This document shows, piece after piece, positions 38,425 through 52,010 of a stretch of DNA of 64,000 bases. A program made the position numbers and the translations under genes. Positions within the stretch are counted from its first letter, which is position 1. Every line of letters starts with the position of its first letter. The notes beneath the pieces were generated by a model. It was not told the origin of the DNA. It saw nothing but the letters and a program-made list of their open reading frames with translations, and made no database searches. Source of the DNA: Octopus vulgaris (lineage: Eukaryota); NCBI GenBank assembly GCA_951406725.2, contig OX597823.1:99200001-99264000 (forward strand), read 5' to 3'.

Positions 38425-38659
38425 ATATATATATATACTGTACCCCCGCTTATTCGCTGTTTGACATTTGCAGTCCTGGTTATTCATGGAATTGTAAATA
38501 TCGCCCGCAAGTTTTTACGACTTCTTTTGTGACAATCTCTCTCTCTTTCACTCTCTATTATTATTATTATTATTATAGTATATATAACTGTATCTAGTTA
38601 CATATATGAAGCACAGAAACAAAATGCCAATTGATCTAAGAATTACTGGAAAGGCAAAA

Positions 38660-39692
38660 TTCAGTCCTGTAAAACTCAAGTCCATGCAATGAAGATTATA
38701 CCATAATTAAGCACATTGGTGAGCATCATCATAGTTCATGTGCTTTGAAACCCAAAGTTTAATTTTCACTTGGTAGACACTGAGATGCTGAAAATGTTCC
38801 TCCTTGGTAGAACTGGCGACGAGTAAGTCATCGATATAAGCATTGACAAAGTCCAGACCACGAATGACCTCGTCCATAAACCTCTGGAATGTGCTAACAG
38901 CATGGAAAGAAATTCAAAGGAACCAAAAGGTGTAGTGATAGCAGTTTTTGGTATGCCTGGATGAGGTCAACTTTGGAAAAAATGGTGCATCCATGCAAAA
39001 TGGAAAGCAAATCCTGCATAGCAGGATAGGGCATCTATCCGGAATTGTTATAGCATTTAACCTGCTGTAGTCCCCGACTGGATGAGAATCAGTAGATTCT
39101 TTTTGAATTAAATGAAGAAGTGAAAACCAGGGGCTAGTCGAAGGATGAATAAGTCGCAGCTTCAGCATGTGGTTGAATTCAGCTTTCACAGCCTTGAGTT
39201 TGTCTAGGGGTGAATATTCTCACGTCGGGGTCACCACTTTAATGAGGTAGCCAGCATGTGGGTTGTCCGAATGGCGTGTTCTATGTTGTGGGGCTATGCA
39301 TGGCAAGCAATGACGTTAAGATAGGTTCTGAATACGATATATTTATATCAACTTAAGTGGTACAGAGGCGAATACATGGAATAACAGGGTAGATATATAC
39401 AAATATGTTATTTTGTCTGAAGGCTGCTTATATAAAACTCGTCACTGCAAGTCCAAGACATCAGGTTTGTGTGACCGTACAAGTTGAGCGTTCAGGCAAA
39501 GTGCTAATATGCCAGAGAAAGCCAGGTAAGAAGAGAGAATTTCGTGGTACTTCGTTTTTTATATCAACCAGCGGTAAATGCCAGCTGTTGGCATTCCTAC
39601 CGGAAGTTACAGCATATTCAGAAAATCCTGAAGCAAAGTCGGAAACACAACCTTCCTTGATTTCCCTTTCTCTCCTGTAGGGTTTCGCTACA
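38660..39692 (-). mobile_element. Gypsy LTR retrotransposon remnant: LTR (about 39243-39692), tRNA-Trp PBS (39220-39236), RT fragment
   Basis: RT motifs PSTSPW, GDYSRLNAIT, FQRFMDEVIRGLDFVNAYIDDLLVAS; PBS TGGTGACCCCGACGTGA; LTR bounded by TG...CA. Confidence 0.8.
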
Positions 39693-40013
39693 GTTTTTGG
39701 GCACTCAGGGATGGCATGGAAATAAAAAGAAATTCATACACTTTTTGTTAAAGACACTGTCTTTATTGTCTGCGGTAGGTATGTCATCAGAGGATCCTCA
39801 TGACCCAGGCTGTCAACCAATGACGCTCTAAATACAGAAATGCGATAAGCTTTAACAAATTCCTATCATTATCTCACTTATCACGTCACAACCAAATCGA
39901 CAACACTACTTTCCTTCTCTTTCACATTCTCAGGCGATAAGTAAGGATTTAAAACTTTAGATTCTTCACTTTTCATTGCAATCAAACTTATAGAACCTTA
40001 CAAACGAACTTTT

Positions 40014-40326
40014 GGTACTACTAGCAAACAGTGGTCCCGGTACACGCACTTGCGCACCCGCGCTAGCCAGTCGTAAGTAGTCGATCCTACGACTTTTTAA
40101 CCCTAAACCTGACCCTAACCCTAACCTTAGTTTGTTTATAAAAATAATTTATTTACTTAGTTTAAAAAATTATTTACTTTGTTCGAAAAATATTATTTAA
40201 TTTTTTTTTATATGTATTCAGCCTTGAAATACAAACATATGCGCAAGTCGTAGGATCGACTACTTACGTCTAGCTTGCGCGGATGCACGAGTGCGCGCAC
40301 CGGGACCACTGTTCGCTTGTAGTACC
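40014..40326. mobile_element. Palindromic MITE with about 80-bp TIRs and (CCCTAA)-like core
   Basis: GGTACTAC...CCTACGACTT / AAGTCGTAGG...GTAGTACC; flanked by 108-bp direct repeats 39906-40013 and 40327-40434. Confidence 0.85.
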
Positions 40327-40544
40327 CTACTTTCCTTCTCTTTCGCATTCTCGGGCGAAAAGTAAGGATTTAAATCTTTAGGTTCTTCACTTTTCATTGC
40401 AATCGAACTTATAGAACCTTGCAAACGAACTTTTTAACTACAAACTATAGACACATAAACATTTTCTGTTTATTGTTTTTCACTCGCCTCAAAAACAAGG
40501 GAAGTCACTCGGTTTGCGTGGCAGCAGTTACTTCCCCTACAATC

Positions 40545-40655
40545 ATGGCCACGATACAAACAGCGAAAGCTGTCATGAGAAAGAAATGCAGACACACTCT
40601 GTCTTTAATACCAGACGAAGACAAAATCAAACAATCAGAGATCATTTCGAGAAAG
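40545..40655 (+). CDS. MTHFS: 5-formyltetrahydrofolate cyclo-ligase exon 1 of 3
   Basis: ATCATGG start, MATIQTAKAVMRKKCRHTLSLIPDEDKIKQSEIISRK, AAG|GTAATA; resembles the MTHFS N-terminal helix (AK..LR...QS..L..K). Confidence 0.85.
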
Positions 40656-42118
40656 GTAATATTGTTTTTATATCTATGTTAGTCTCAGTTTCATAGTAAT
40701 CAATAATTCTTTCGGATATTTTGCTTCTGCCTTAGACTCCTATCGGAAGAAAGAAATGGGTTTTAGTAAATCTCAAAGTCTTATCTGTTTGTTTGTTCCA
40801 CTTATTTACAACATAAGACGTGTATTGAATTACTACTACACACAGGCTTTCTTATCTCATATTTTGTATTCAATTTTCTTACAATATCAATAACAATTTC
40901 CAATTTTAATATTTAATATTTTGAGTGAGTGAAAGGGAGGGTGATTATTGTATCAGATCGTTTAGAATTTGTTTTAGTTGTTCATTTTCGCTTTGTTAAG
41001 CCTATAAAATTCTAAAATGAAAACAAACAAAAAAAAAAAAAACCAAGGATCGTCCCTAACATTTTTAATGCGAATCAAAATACCACCTGCCATCTCACTC
41101 CCCGCGAAAAAAAAAAAAAAAGACATTTAGAAATATATGAATAAAACTAAAACTTCTTCGGTCGTCAAACGACGTTTACTAGATGCTGATTGATGGAGGT
41201 AAATGTGTAGTCATGAATTCAAGGCTTACCAAGTGCAGGTTATTTCCAGTTGGTGGCGCACTTCAATAATAAAGTTTTCCAATTAGCATGGAGTGCGCGT
41301 CAAGGCTAGCTCGTATGAACTATAGGTACAGTATAGCAGACAGATTTTCATAGTTTCCGGTAACTTAATTTGACTTACAGAGTTTGGATGAGAACCTGAG
41401 ACTATTGTAGAAGCTATCTAACCAAATTACTGTGCTGTGGGGATCTACCCCAGGATGCTATGATAGCAAGGCGACGTTTTTAACTTGTCAGCTATATAAT
41501 TACATCAGTGGTTGTCAGTATTCTTTACTCTGTGGCGCATTCAGGATCAAACAAAAACATTACTGACGCACTTAACAAAAAAAGTTAGAAAGAAAAATAA
41601 CTATTTTAGAGTTAAAAATTTAGGAAAACATTTGTCTATTTGTTGGGTGTAATCAAGATTTCGTTTTAAATAGATTCTTAATAAATTGGATCCACTGTTA
41701 GCCGTCTAATTTGCAGTAAACACAAAATTAGAACGTTTGATAATAATTGTATTTGCATGTTTAGCTGAGCCTTTCGAACACTTTGTAGTTTATGCTGTAT
41801 ACCTGGTTTTATTAATTGTACTTGTGTATAGCAAAATTGTGAAGAAATACGTCTTTTTCAAGACACTTAAGTATGGAATTTCTAAACTTTAAATTAAATA
41901 GTTTTTTTTTAAAATTGCAGTGCACCACTACCCTACACGACTAGATACATCAATGTAAGGAATTAGCAAACAAATAATTCTTAAACTACAATCTGTCATC
42001 GTCGTCGCTGTCGTCACGGCTGCAGAATATTGGATATGAAAGCCACAATTATTTACAACTATCACGCAATGTTAAGACAAGGAGACATAAACACTTATAA
42101 ACACATACACATATATGC

Positions 42119-42156
<38 letters not shown>

Positions 42157-42162
42157 AATATA

Positions 42163-42660
42163 TCATCATCATCATCGTTTAACGTCCGCTTTTCATACTA
42201 GCATGGGTTGGACGATTAGACTGAGGACTCGCAAACCAGATGGCTGCACCAGTCTCCAATCTTGATCTGGCAGAGTTTCTACAGCTGGATGCCCTTCCTA
42301 ACGCCAACCACTCCGAGAGTGTAGTGGGTGCTTTTACGGGGGCCAGTCAGGTGGTACTAGCAATGACCTCGCTCGAATCTTTTTACACATGCCACCGGCA
42401 TGGAAGCCAGTTGGCTGCTCTGGCAACGATCATGCTCGGATGGTGCCCTTGGCACCCTACTACCACGGGGCACAAGTGCCAGTAAGGCGACACTGGTAAC
42501 GATCACACTCAAATGGTGCCTTTTATGTGCCACTGGCACGGAAGCTGGTTAGCCGCTTTGTCAATGATCAGACTCATATGGTGCTCTTTGCACCCCGCTA
42601 GCATGGATGCCAGCAATCGAATTTGATTTTGATTTCACCTGCCTCAACAGGTCTTCACAA
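42163..42660 (-). mobile_element. SINE-like repeat (GTGGCACGTAAAAAGCACC family)
   Basis: Reverse complement of the 815-1140 family, (ATC)n at left end. Confidence 0.75.
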
Positions 42661-42670
42661 GCAGAGTTTA

Positions 42671-42704
<34 letters not shown>

Positions 42705-43874
42705 GACAGGCATCTTTCAGTTTCCATCTCTCAAATACACTCACAATGCTTTGGTTAGTCGAGGGCCACAGTAGAAGACACTTACCCAAAGTGCTACTCA
42801 GTGGGGCTGAATCTGGAATTATGCAGTTGGGAAGCAAGCCTCTTGCCATACAACTACATCTGCACCTATCATCTTTAATAAATGGAAGGATACTGAATAA
42901 TTTGGTTCTGGATAGATTATGCTAGTGTGAGGGAAAAAAAAGAAAAAGTGGTAGTCACAATATGAACATTAACTTGCCTATCCCTATATGATAGGTCTAT
43001 TTGATCAAAGTCAACTTGAAGCTTATTAATAAAAACCTGTGTCCTTGAGAGACCCATTTGATTGTCATACAACCTGCTAGAAGTAGCAGCTAAATTTATT
43101 TCAAATTACACCCTACTATAATATAAAATTAGATTATGTAGTTCTAGATAGTCCTATAAAAAAATGGTTATCACATGTGGCATTCCTTTGGTTATAAATC
43201 TTTTCAATAAGAACTACAGCAATAATAACGACTGCATTGGTGTTACGAGTAATAAAAATAAGTCTTAGTAATATATTACAATACATTTTATGTAAGAGTG
43301 GAGGATTGACAAGATTGTTAATGCATCAGACAAAATACCTTGCCCTATTTAATTAAGGTCACTTATATTCTGACTTCAAGTGCCATTGATGTCAATTTAG
43401 CTTTTCATCCTTAGAGTGTCTATAAAATTATTATTATTATTATTATTAAAATGAGGTACATGCACAAGGTCTTTACAATTGAACTGTGGAGTCTTGTGCC
43501 ATTGCACAAAATTGACATATTACATTTAACAAGTCATTGGTCTAACAGAATCAGTGGAACAGCAGGATATGCAGTGTTTAGTTACTTCACTCTGTGTTTT
43601 TTGTTCAAGTCCCCTCTTTATAGGGTTGACTTTACCCTCCCTCTTTACAGGGTTAATAAAATGTATTGGTTCAGTACAAGTGTCGGTGCGATTGACTATA
43701 TCCTGAACCTAAGATTTGTGGCCTTGTCAGAGACCTATAAAGCACATTCAGGTTAAAACATAACAATATCTAACTTTGGGTGTGTCTTTTCAAAAGAAAT
43801 CAATGTTCTGTTACTGCAACCAGCTTCTTATTGTGCTGAGTTCAAAATGTACCAAGGGTGATAAAAATTCCTGT

Positions 43875-44273
43875 GCAGGGGGGGGGGGGGGGCTGTGTGG
43901 TAAGTAGCTTGCTTACCAACCACATGGTTCCGGGTTCAGTTCCACTGTGTGGCACCTTGGACAAGTGACTTCTAATATAGCCTCGGGCCAACCAAAGCCT
44001 TGTGAGTGGATTTGGTAGATGGAAACTGAAAGAAGCCCATCATATATATGTATGTGTGTTTGTGTGTCTGTTTTTCCCCCCAACATCGCTTGACAACCAA
44101 TACTGGTGTGTTTACATCCCCGTAACTTAGCGGTTCGGCAAAAGAGACCGATAGAATAAGTACTAGGTTTACAAAGAATAAGTCCTGGGGTCGATTTGCT
44201 CGACTAGAGGTGGTGCTCCAGCATGGCCGCAGTCAAATGACTGAAACAAGTAAAAGAGTAGAGTAAAAGAGAG
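43875..44273 (+). mobile_element. Full-length tRNA-derived SINE
   Basis: Colinear with 15029-15437; a poly-G run replaces part of the head. Confidence 0.85.
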
Positions 44274-44384
44274 TATATCTGTTTTGTTTTTTGTTACCTT
44301 GGTACACGTCCAAACTATATTGCTTAGGTAAGCAATATAGTTGATCCCAGTATACGGCAGATACTTATGTTATTGCTCTTAAAA

Positions 44385-44830
44385 TAATTTGGCACAAGGC
44401 CAGCAATTTTTGAGAGGAGAGGCAAGTTGATTGCATCAACCCCAGTACTTGATTGGCACTTCATTTTTATCATCTCACAAAAGGATGTAAGTTAAAGTTG
44501 ATATTGATAGCTTTTGAAGTCAGAATATAAAGAGCTGAGAGAAATGTCATTAAGAATTCTGTCCAGTTCGGTGATAATTCTGCCAGTATGCCACCTTGTT
44601 TGCTCTTAAAACAATGGTTTCAGATTCTGGCACAAGGCCAGCAATATTGAGGGTGCAGATTTCTTCGACCCCCAGTGCTCAACTAGTACTTATTTTATTG
44701 ACCCCAAAAAGATTAAAGGTAAATTTAACTTTGGCAGAATTTGAACTCAGAACAGAGACTCAGATAGAATGTCATGCCACTAAGCATTTTGCCTGACATG
44801 CTAATGATTCTGCCAGCTCACCGCATTTGT
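44385..44830 (-). mobile_element. Two adjacent decayed MetaSINE-like copies
   Basis: GGCACAAGGCCAGCAAT...ACCCCAGT...AAAGTTGA...TCTGCCAG present twice. Confidence 0.6.
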
Positions 44831-45834
44831 TTGCTCTTAAAATAATAAAAGGCAAATGTGACAGTGCCTTGGCAGGATTTGAACTCTGAACAGATGGAGA
44901 GAGAAGTAAATGGTTTAAAGTAATTACTTACTGTTTCTACCTCTCCGTCATCTTAATACCAGTAATGTAGTGTGAATTATTAATTCAGATGTACTCACTT
45001 CCTTTCCAGAAACTGACTTTGTGTCATCATCATTTTAACATCCACATTTCCATGTTTGCATGACTTGGACAGAGTTTATTGAGGCAGATTTTCTATGAAC
45101 AGATGGTCTTCTGTAGCTAACTCTTATCAGTTTCCAAGCAAGATATATTTCCCCATGGTCAGACATATTTTTTCAGAATATGGGAAGTAAATGGCATCCA
45201 TTTACAACAACCAAGACAAGTAGACACAAACATACACTTACTCATACACACACACATGTGCATGCATGCATGTAGAGAGAGGGAGAGAGAGGGGCTTCTT
45301 TCAGTTTCTGTCTACCAAAGCTTCTCACAAAGCTTTGGTCAGCCTGGGGCTATAGCAGAAGACACTTTCCCAAGGAGCCACATTAACCTGAAACCATGTG
45401 GTTGGGAAGCAAACCTTAACCGCAGTCACTCCTGCAGCTATATTTGAATAAAAATCATCATTGGTTATTGGAAATGGTCTAGAGCAGTGGTTCCCAACAT
45501 GTGCATGTATATATACACATATATATGTGTGTGTATGTATATGTATAGAGTGTTAGAAGTGGTGTACAGATATTGAATATTGAGAAAAGAGGAGGTTGTC
45601 AGAATTTTGGAAAAAGAATATTTTTATTTAGTCATTAGCATTATTGCTTTCCTTCATCTTCAGACTTATCAAATAAAATTGTGAATGTGCAAACAGGTGC
45701 TTTGCTTTGTTTTGTTTAGAAGAGGAGAACATTGTTTTTGTTTCTTTGGGTGAGGTTCCAGGACAATGGAGATAGATAGATAGATAGATGGGTAGATGGA
45801 TAGATAAATAGATGGGTAGATGGATAATGTGGCA

Positions 45835-46116
45835 GATACTAGTGCCACCTGACTGGTGTCCGTGTCGGTGACACGTAAAAGCACCAACCGAACATGGCCA
45901 TTTGCCAGCCTGCCCTGGCCCCTGTGCCGGTGGTGCGTAAAAAACACCCACTACACTCACGGAGTGGTTGGCGTTAAGAAGGGCATCCAGTTGTAGAAAC
46001 ACTGCCAAATCAGACTAGAGCCTGGTGCAGCCTCCATGGCTTGCCAGACCCTGGTCGAACCGTCCAACCCATGCTAGCATGGAAAAACGGACGTTAAATG
46101 ATGATGATGATGATGA
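45835..46116 (+). mobile_element. SINE-like repeat (GTGGCACGTAAAAAGCACC family) inserted in a GATA tract
   Basis: Family motifs and (GAT)n tail. Confidence 0.7.
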
Positions 46117-46582
46117 TAGATAGATAGATGGGTAGATAGACAAACAGACAGACAGATACATAAGTAGAGAGAGAGAGGGGGGAAGGGATTTTTCAATTTT
46201 GAATGTTTTTTTACCATTTATTTATTTAGTTTTTTTTTTACTGTTGTATAGCTGCTGGCATGAGACATAAGTTCAAGGATGGGAAAATAATGTAAAAAAG
46301 GGTGGGATACAGTCATCACTAAAAAAAAACATTTTTTTTTTCTTAAGGTGCCAAGAAGGAAGATAATCTGTGTGTGTGTGCCTGTGAGTTCATGTGTTTG
46401 GAAATATGTCTGTGTCTATGCTGCGTCATTTCGATGTTTTGCATTGAAAAATGAAGTCAGGTTTCTCTTATTTTCATGTTTTTGCATGAACAAACATTAG
46501 CACAATATTTACAAATTAGAAAAATAAAACCCACTGGTATAGAGATGAGTATCATGTTATAAAATATTGGGACAGAGACAAC

Positions 46583-46630
<48 letters not shown>

Positions 46631-47647
46631 GTGTGTGTGTGTGTGTGTATGTATATATATGTGTGCGTATTAAAAAGTGATAGTGTTCAGTATGTTGGCA
46701 ACAGGAATTTCTATCAAAGCGACAGTTAAACAAAGTTGTACATCATCTCCCTCTTTTTCTCATATACCCATTCTCTCTCTCTCTCTCTCTCTCTCTCGGT
46801 CTTCATCACTGCCCTCACCGTTTCTATGCCAACTATTACTCTCACCCCAACACACAGAATAGTAGAAGTGTCATTGAATAGTGAGAGAAGGGGTAAAAGT
46901 GTGACACACTGACACACAGAAATTAGTTTTTGCATTTATTATATTAGATATATTCCCACTGCATGGCATCTTGAACAAGGTGTATGTGTTAGATTCTATT
47001 AGTTGGACAAATGCTTAAAATTTTTGCCATCCACAAAAGATCTTTGAGTTGAAATGTCATGCAGTCGTTTTTATTTTCTTTCTGTCTTTCATCTTCAAAG
47101 TGTAAATAAAATCAAAATCTTTCTCAATTATTGGTGTTGATGTGGAGGGGTGGGGGATGATTTAAACAACTAAACTCACCTTAAAATTAACAGCCCCTTG
47201 CTATTTGTAGCTGTTGTACAAATCAGTATTACCAGCTAGAGAGACAAGCATATAATTAGAAATTAAATACCAGACCCTCACAGCTAAGAGTTAAAAGAAA
47301 GAAAAAAAGAAAATATTTGGCACTGTATCTGAAAGGTGTAAATCAGTTATGATTTTCATTTATTATCTGATATGTTAAAAAAGACTTAACATGGTAAATT
47401 GATTATTAACTAAACAATTAGTTATTGATTTATGTGTCTATTCTGGAGTGCAATGCAACAGAAACGAAAGTAAGGTTATGTTAGGGTAGTACTATAAATG
47501 GTCGAACACCATGCATTATTTACTCACAGCTTGCTGGTGTCAGTACATTATGTGTTTACAAACAGAACACACTGCCAAGGACAGAACACAAAGCACTAAC
47601 ATCTCAGCCAGTTTTATTCTTACTTTTTATATGTTTTTGTGATCAGT

Positions 47648-48150
47648 TGCATTGCACTGGGTACCAAAATTATTGCTATTTGTCTTTAGTCAATAACTGT
47701 TATTTGATTTGCTTCTATCTAGAAATCAAAGGAAGTGACTACTATTCCCTTCAAACTTTGCTTTTGTGACGTGGACATCAATGTTTTGAGACTAACCTGT
47801 TTTCCATTACATTTCAGAGTTGCTGAAACAGAACTATTGTTGTAGCAAATATTTTACTCAATACCACAAATTTGCTTGTCAGTTGTTTGACCTTGTCCAC
47901 TTGAGAATGTCCTTTACTGGCTAGCAATATGTGCTTTTCTGATCATGAGCAGGAGTAGTGGGGGAGCATCGTAGCTATGTGTTGAGCGGGATTCATTAGG
48001 GTTTGAATAAATGTAACAAAAGCAAAGTTTGAAGGAAATGTTAGCCATTTTTCATACTTTCTAGGGATAAGCAAATAGGAAATAACAGTTGCTACCCAAG
48101 GCCAAAAATCATGTTATGCATTTTAATGAGCCAAAGTTTGGTCCATTGCA
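47648..48150. mobile_element. MITE with long imperfect TIRs in MTHFS intron 1
   Basis: TTCCCTTCAAACTTTGCTTTTGT / ACAAAAGCAAAGTTTGAAGGAAA and outer AACTGTTATTT / AAATAACAGTT arms. Confidence 0.65.
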
Positions 48151-48499
48151 TTTACAATGGTGTCTACAGTGCCAGGTGGTGATGTTAAACTGGTTGATGG
48201 ATTAATTCTACCACTCAAGTAGGATATGACAGGATTTGAACTCAAAAATACAAAGAGCTAGAACAAATACCACAAGGCATCTGGTCCAATATTCTTTACG
48301 TTTCTGCCAATGCACCATCCTGGATTGGTATTTTTTTATCAACCACAAAAAGATGAAAGGCAAAGTTGACTACAACCAGATTTGAACTCAGAGCAAAGTG
48401 CATTGACACAAATATTGTAAGGCATTCTATCTGATGCTCTAATGCTCCACCAGCTCAACCTCGTGTGTGTGTGTGTGTAAGCAATGTCAGAAAGGTTTG

Positions 48500-48730
48500 C
48501 GGTGGCACGTAAAAAGCACCAACCGATCGTGGTCGCTGCCAGCCTCCCCTGGCACGTAAAAAGCACCCACTACTCTCATGGATTGGTTAATGTTAGGAAG
48601 GGCATCCAGCTGTAGAAACACTGCCAGATCAGACTGGAGACTGGTGCAGCCTCCTGGCTTCCCAAACCCCAGTCGAACCATCCAATCCGTTCTAGCACGG
48701 AAAACGGACGTTAAACAATGATGATGATGA
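48500..48730 (+). mobile_element. SINE-like repeat (GTGGCACGTAAAAAGCACC family)
   Basis: Two modules plus conserved 3' part. Confidence 0.7.
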
Positions 48731-49004
48731 AAATGTATCATTATAACATGCATTCTATATATTTGCTATAGACTTGTGTAAAAAGAGCGATTAAACCTCT
48801 CTTGAAGATATTTTGAATGATTGGACCTAAAAAGTGTTATATACAAAGAGAAGTTCTACATGAATTGTTTTAATATTTCATTGAGGTTAAAACATTAAAA
48901 ACTTCTTCGTTTATTATTGAAGATTTCTTCATTTACTATTTTATTAAATCAATGATGAGCCTCTGCTATCTATAATGGCAGTGACTCACACATATTTTAA
49001 AAGT

Positions 49005-50250
49005 TATTTATATGGCCTATACCAGGAATGAGAAAAAAGACTGCCATCTTCCTAGTTAGACAGTTGCAAGAAAAGTATTTGGCCAAAAGTAAACCATTGT
49101 TCTTAGCTTTCATCAACCTGGAGAAGGCTTTTGACAAGGTTCCCCAGTCTCTTATCTGGTGGTCTCTAAGGAAGCTAAGAGTAGAAGAATGGTTTGTTAG
49201 AGCCATACAAGCCATGTACAGCGATGCTGTCAGTGTGGTGAGGGTCAACCTTGAATATAGTGATGAATTTAACGTACAAGTTGGAGTTCACCAGGGATCA
49301 GTCTTAGTCCACTCTTATTCATCATAGTTTTCCAGACCATTACAGAGGAATTCAAAACTGGATTCCCATGGGAACTGCATTATGCTGACAACCTTGTTCT
49401 TATTGTAGAATTTGAAGCAGAATTGGAGAAGTTCCAGGTTTGGAAGCAAAACCTGAAATCAAAATCCTTTACATTAACCTTAGAATGACTAAAGTTGTCG
49501 TTAGCAAGAAAGCAGCCAAGACTCTCTTTCCGTCAGGTAAATGGCCCTGCTCAATAAGTAGGAAAGGAGTGGGAAGTAATTCCATTTGCTGCACCCAGTG
49601 TAAGCAATGGACACATAAGAGATGCAGTGGAATCACATGTAGGTTAACAGATAAGATCACTTTCGTGTGTGGAAAATGTGCAGAAACAATAAGCACTAAG
49701 ATCATGTGGGACTTAGACTCTCTCAAATGTCCAGGAGGCCCTCTTGAGGTAGTAGATAGTTTCTGCTACTTAGGTGACCAAATTAATAAGAATGGTGGAT
49801 GCTCTGAAATAGAATAAGCATTGGATGGAGGAACTTCAGAGAACTTCTGCCTCTGTTGGCAACAAAAGGACTCTCTCAATCAGAGTGAAAGGTAGATTGT
49901 ATGATGCTTGTGTACAAACGGCTATACTCCATGGTAATGAGCCATGGGCTCTGAATGCAGAGGACATGCGTAGAATGGATTTGTAACCTTAGTGTCCATA
50001 ACCAACAAAGCACAACTTTGTTGAGAGATATTAAATATGGCGTGCAAGAGAGGAGAATGCATTTGTTTGGACATGTGATGCATATGAGTAAAGACAGCTG
50101 TATACTGAAAGTGGATGGTACCTGTGGAAGAAGGAGACTGAGGAAGATATGGGATCAAGTGGTGAGGATCGATCTCAGGATGTTAGGGATCATAGGGGAA
50201 ATGACAACGGACCAAGATGTTTGGGGATTTGAGGTTCTAGAGAAGATCCC
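49005..50250 (+). mobile_element. RTE-clade LINE RT fragment with PHD-like Cys-rich insert, decayed
   Basis: IFLVRQLQEKY, FINLEKAFDKVP, GVHQGSVL, YAD, WPC...GVGSNSICCTQCKQWTHKRCSGI; homologous to 1-600. Confidence 0.88.
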
Positions 50251-51217
50251 CCACCACCACTACCACATCAGCAAAACTGAGTGTTAGAAGTGTTGTGTCC
50301 CACCCACATGTAACAATAAACTTTTCACTCACCCTACCCCCATCAAACCAAACTACATCTCCTCTCCTAAACTGCATCTTCCTCTTCCTCAGATTTCCTC
50401 TTCATAAACTATAATTGTCTTCCAATCCCCTCACTGCCCTTACTGCCCCGTTCACTGTATCACTGCTTTCCCCTTCACCATTTTTCTACCCAGCTAGTCA
50501 CTGCAATCTCCACTCCCTACTCGCGCCTTTTTGGCAGTACCTGACCATGTATATTATGACCTCCATACATTGAGGGCATATCCTGACAATTGCCACCATT
50601 TATCTCTCTCCTCCTCACTCTACCATCACATCTATGCTCTGATCCTTGTTACTTGTGATTATACCCTGGCACTTCACCACTATCTCTCTCATGCTCTCTC
50701 TTGCATTTTTGCTGTTTCCCACTCTCTCTCTCTCTCACCTGTTCTTCCCTCTGGTTAGGTAACCAAGTATCTCCTTTACATCAGCACACCTGCTTCTGTT
50801 CTCTTTCTTGGACTGCTTTTCTACCTCCTTCTCTCTTCCTGTCACTCCCCTTCTCTTCTCTCTTTCTCTGGCTGTCTTGCCAGGTAACCATGTACCTTCT
50901 CTATAGCAAGACACCTGTTTCTGCCTCCCTGTTTCTCTGTCATATTGTAACCTTCCATCATCTGACACAAGATCCCCTCCCCCAATGCTCCCACCCCTCT
51001 CAAAATTCCTTTCATTGAAGTGAATATCCTTGGGAAACAGAAATTCCTTCTGCCTTGTTTACCTGGTTTGTATCTGTGGAGAGCTTCAGGTAAGGATGCT
51101 TGGTACCCTTTAATTTCTAACATCTTGAGCAGCTGCATGATTTAGTGTCACTACATCTGTCTTCAATACAGGGAATTTTATTCTGTATGTAGCCAATTTT
51201 GGCTACATATATACATT

Positions 51218-51277
<60 letters not shown>

Positions 51278-51344
51278 ACCCTCCAATGCCCTCCTCCCCT
51301 CTCAAAGGACTTTTGTCTTGCAAATTACTTGATAACCCTGTGAG

Positions 51345-51620
51345 TGCTGGTGCCACATAAAAAGCATCCAGTCTACTTGTGGTTGGTATTTGGAAGGGCA
51401 TCCAACTGTAAAAGCCATGCCCAAACTGACCCCACCTAAACTGGTGTCATGTAAAAAGCATTCAGTCCACTCTGTAGGGTGGTTGGTGTTAGGAAGGGCA
51501 TCCAGCCATAAAAACTCTGCCAAAACAGACACAGAAAGTCTGGTGCAGTCTTCTGCCTGGCCAGCTCCTGTCAGACTGTCCAACCTATGCCAGCATGGCA
51601 GGTGGACGTTAAACAATGAT
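51345..51620 (+). mobile_element. Older SINE-like repeat (GGAAGGGCATCCAG family)
   Basis: Two GGAAGGGCATCCA blocks and GGACGTTAAACAATGAT tail. Confidence 0.6.
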
Positions 51621-51679
51621 ATGTGTGTGTGTGTGTGTATATATTCAAATATGAATTAGAAGTAGTGCTAGTGTTGTAA

Positions 51680-52010
51680 ACATTATTAAACACACATACT
51701 CAACATACAAGCTATGCTTCTTAGCTGGTAGGCTGTGATTTAGCATGGTGAGGATGACTCCCTCAAAGCACCAGGTGTTAAAACAGCCAATGTTTTGAGG
51801 GAGTCATCCCCACCAAACTAAATCACACCCTACCAGCAAACAATCACAGCATGTACAGGTGAGGTGTTTGGGACAAGTTGTCTCACCTGTCTATGACTTT
51901 CAGATGTTTTAACAGTCAGCACTTTGAGGGAGTCATCTCCACCACACTAAATCGCAGCCTACTGGCATACAAGCATAGCATGTACATTGAGTATGTGTGT
52001 TCAATAATGT
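51680..52010. repeat. Foldback element with about 100-bp arms and an internal third arm copy
   Basis: ACATTATTAAACACACATACTCAA / TTGAGTATGTGTGTTCAATAATGT termini; GATGACTCCCTCAAA matched by TTTGAGGGAGTCATC twice. Confidence 0.75.

Noticed and set aside
39220-39236. tRNA-Trp gene
   Set aside because: Only the 3' 17 nt including CCA; positioned as an LTR primer binding site
40098-40130. Telomere or telomere fusion site
   Set aside because: Only about five degenerate CCCTAA units, enclosed within MITE TIRs
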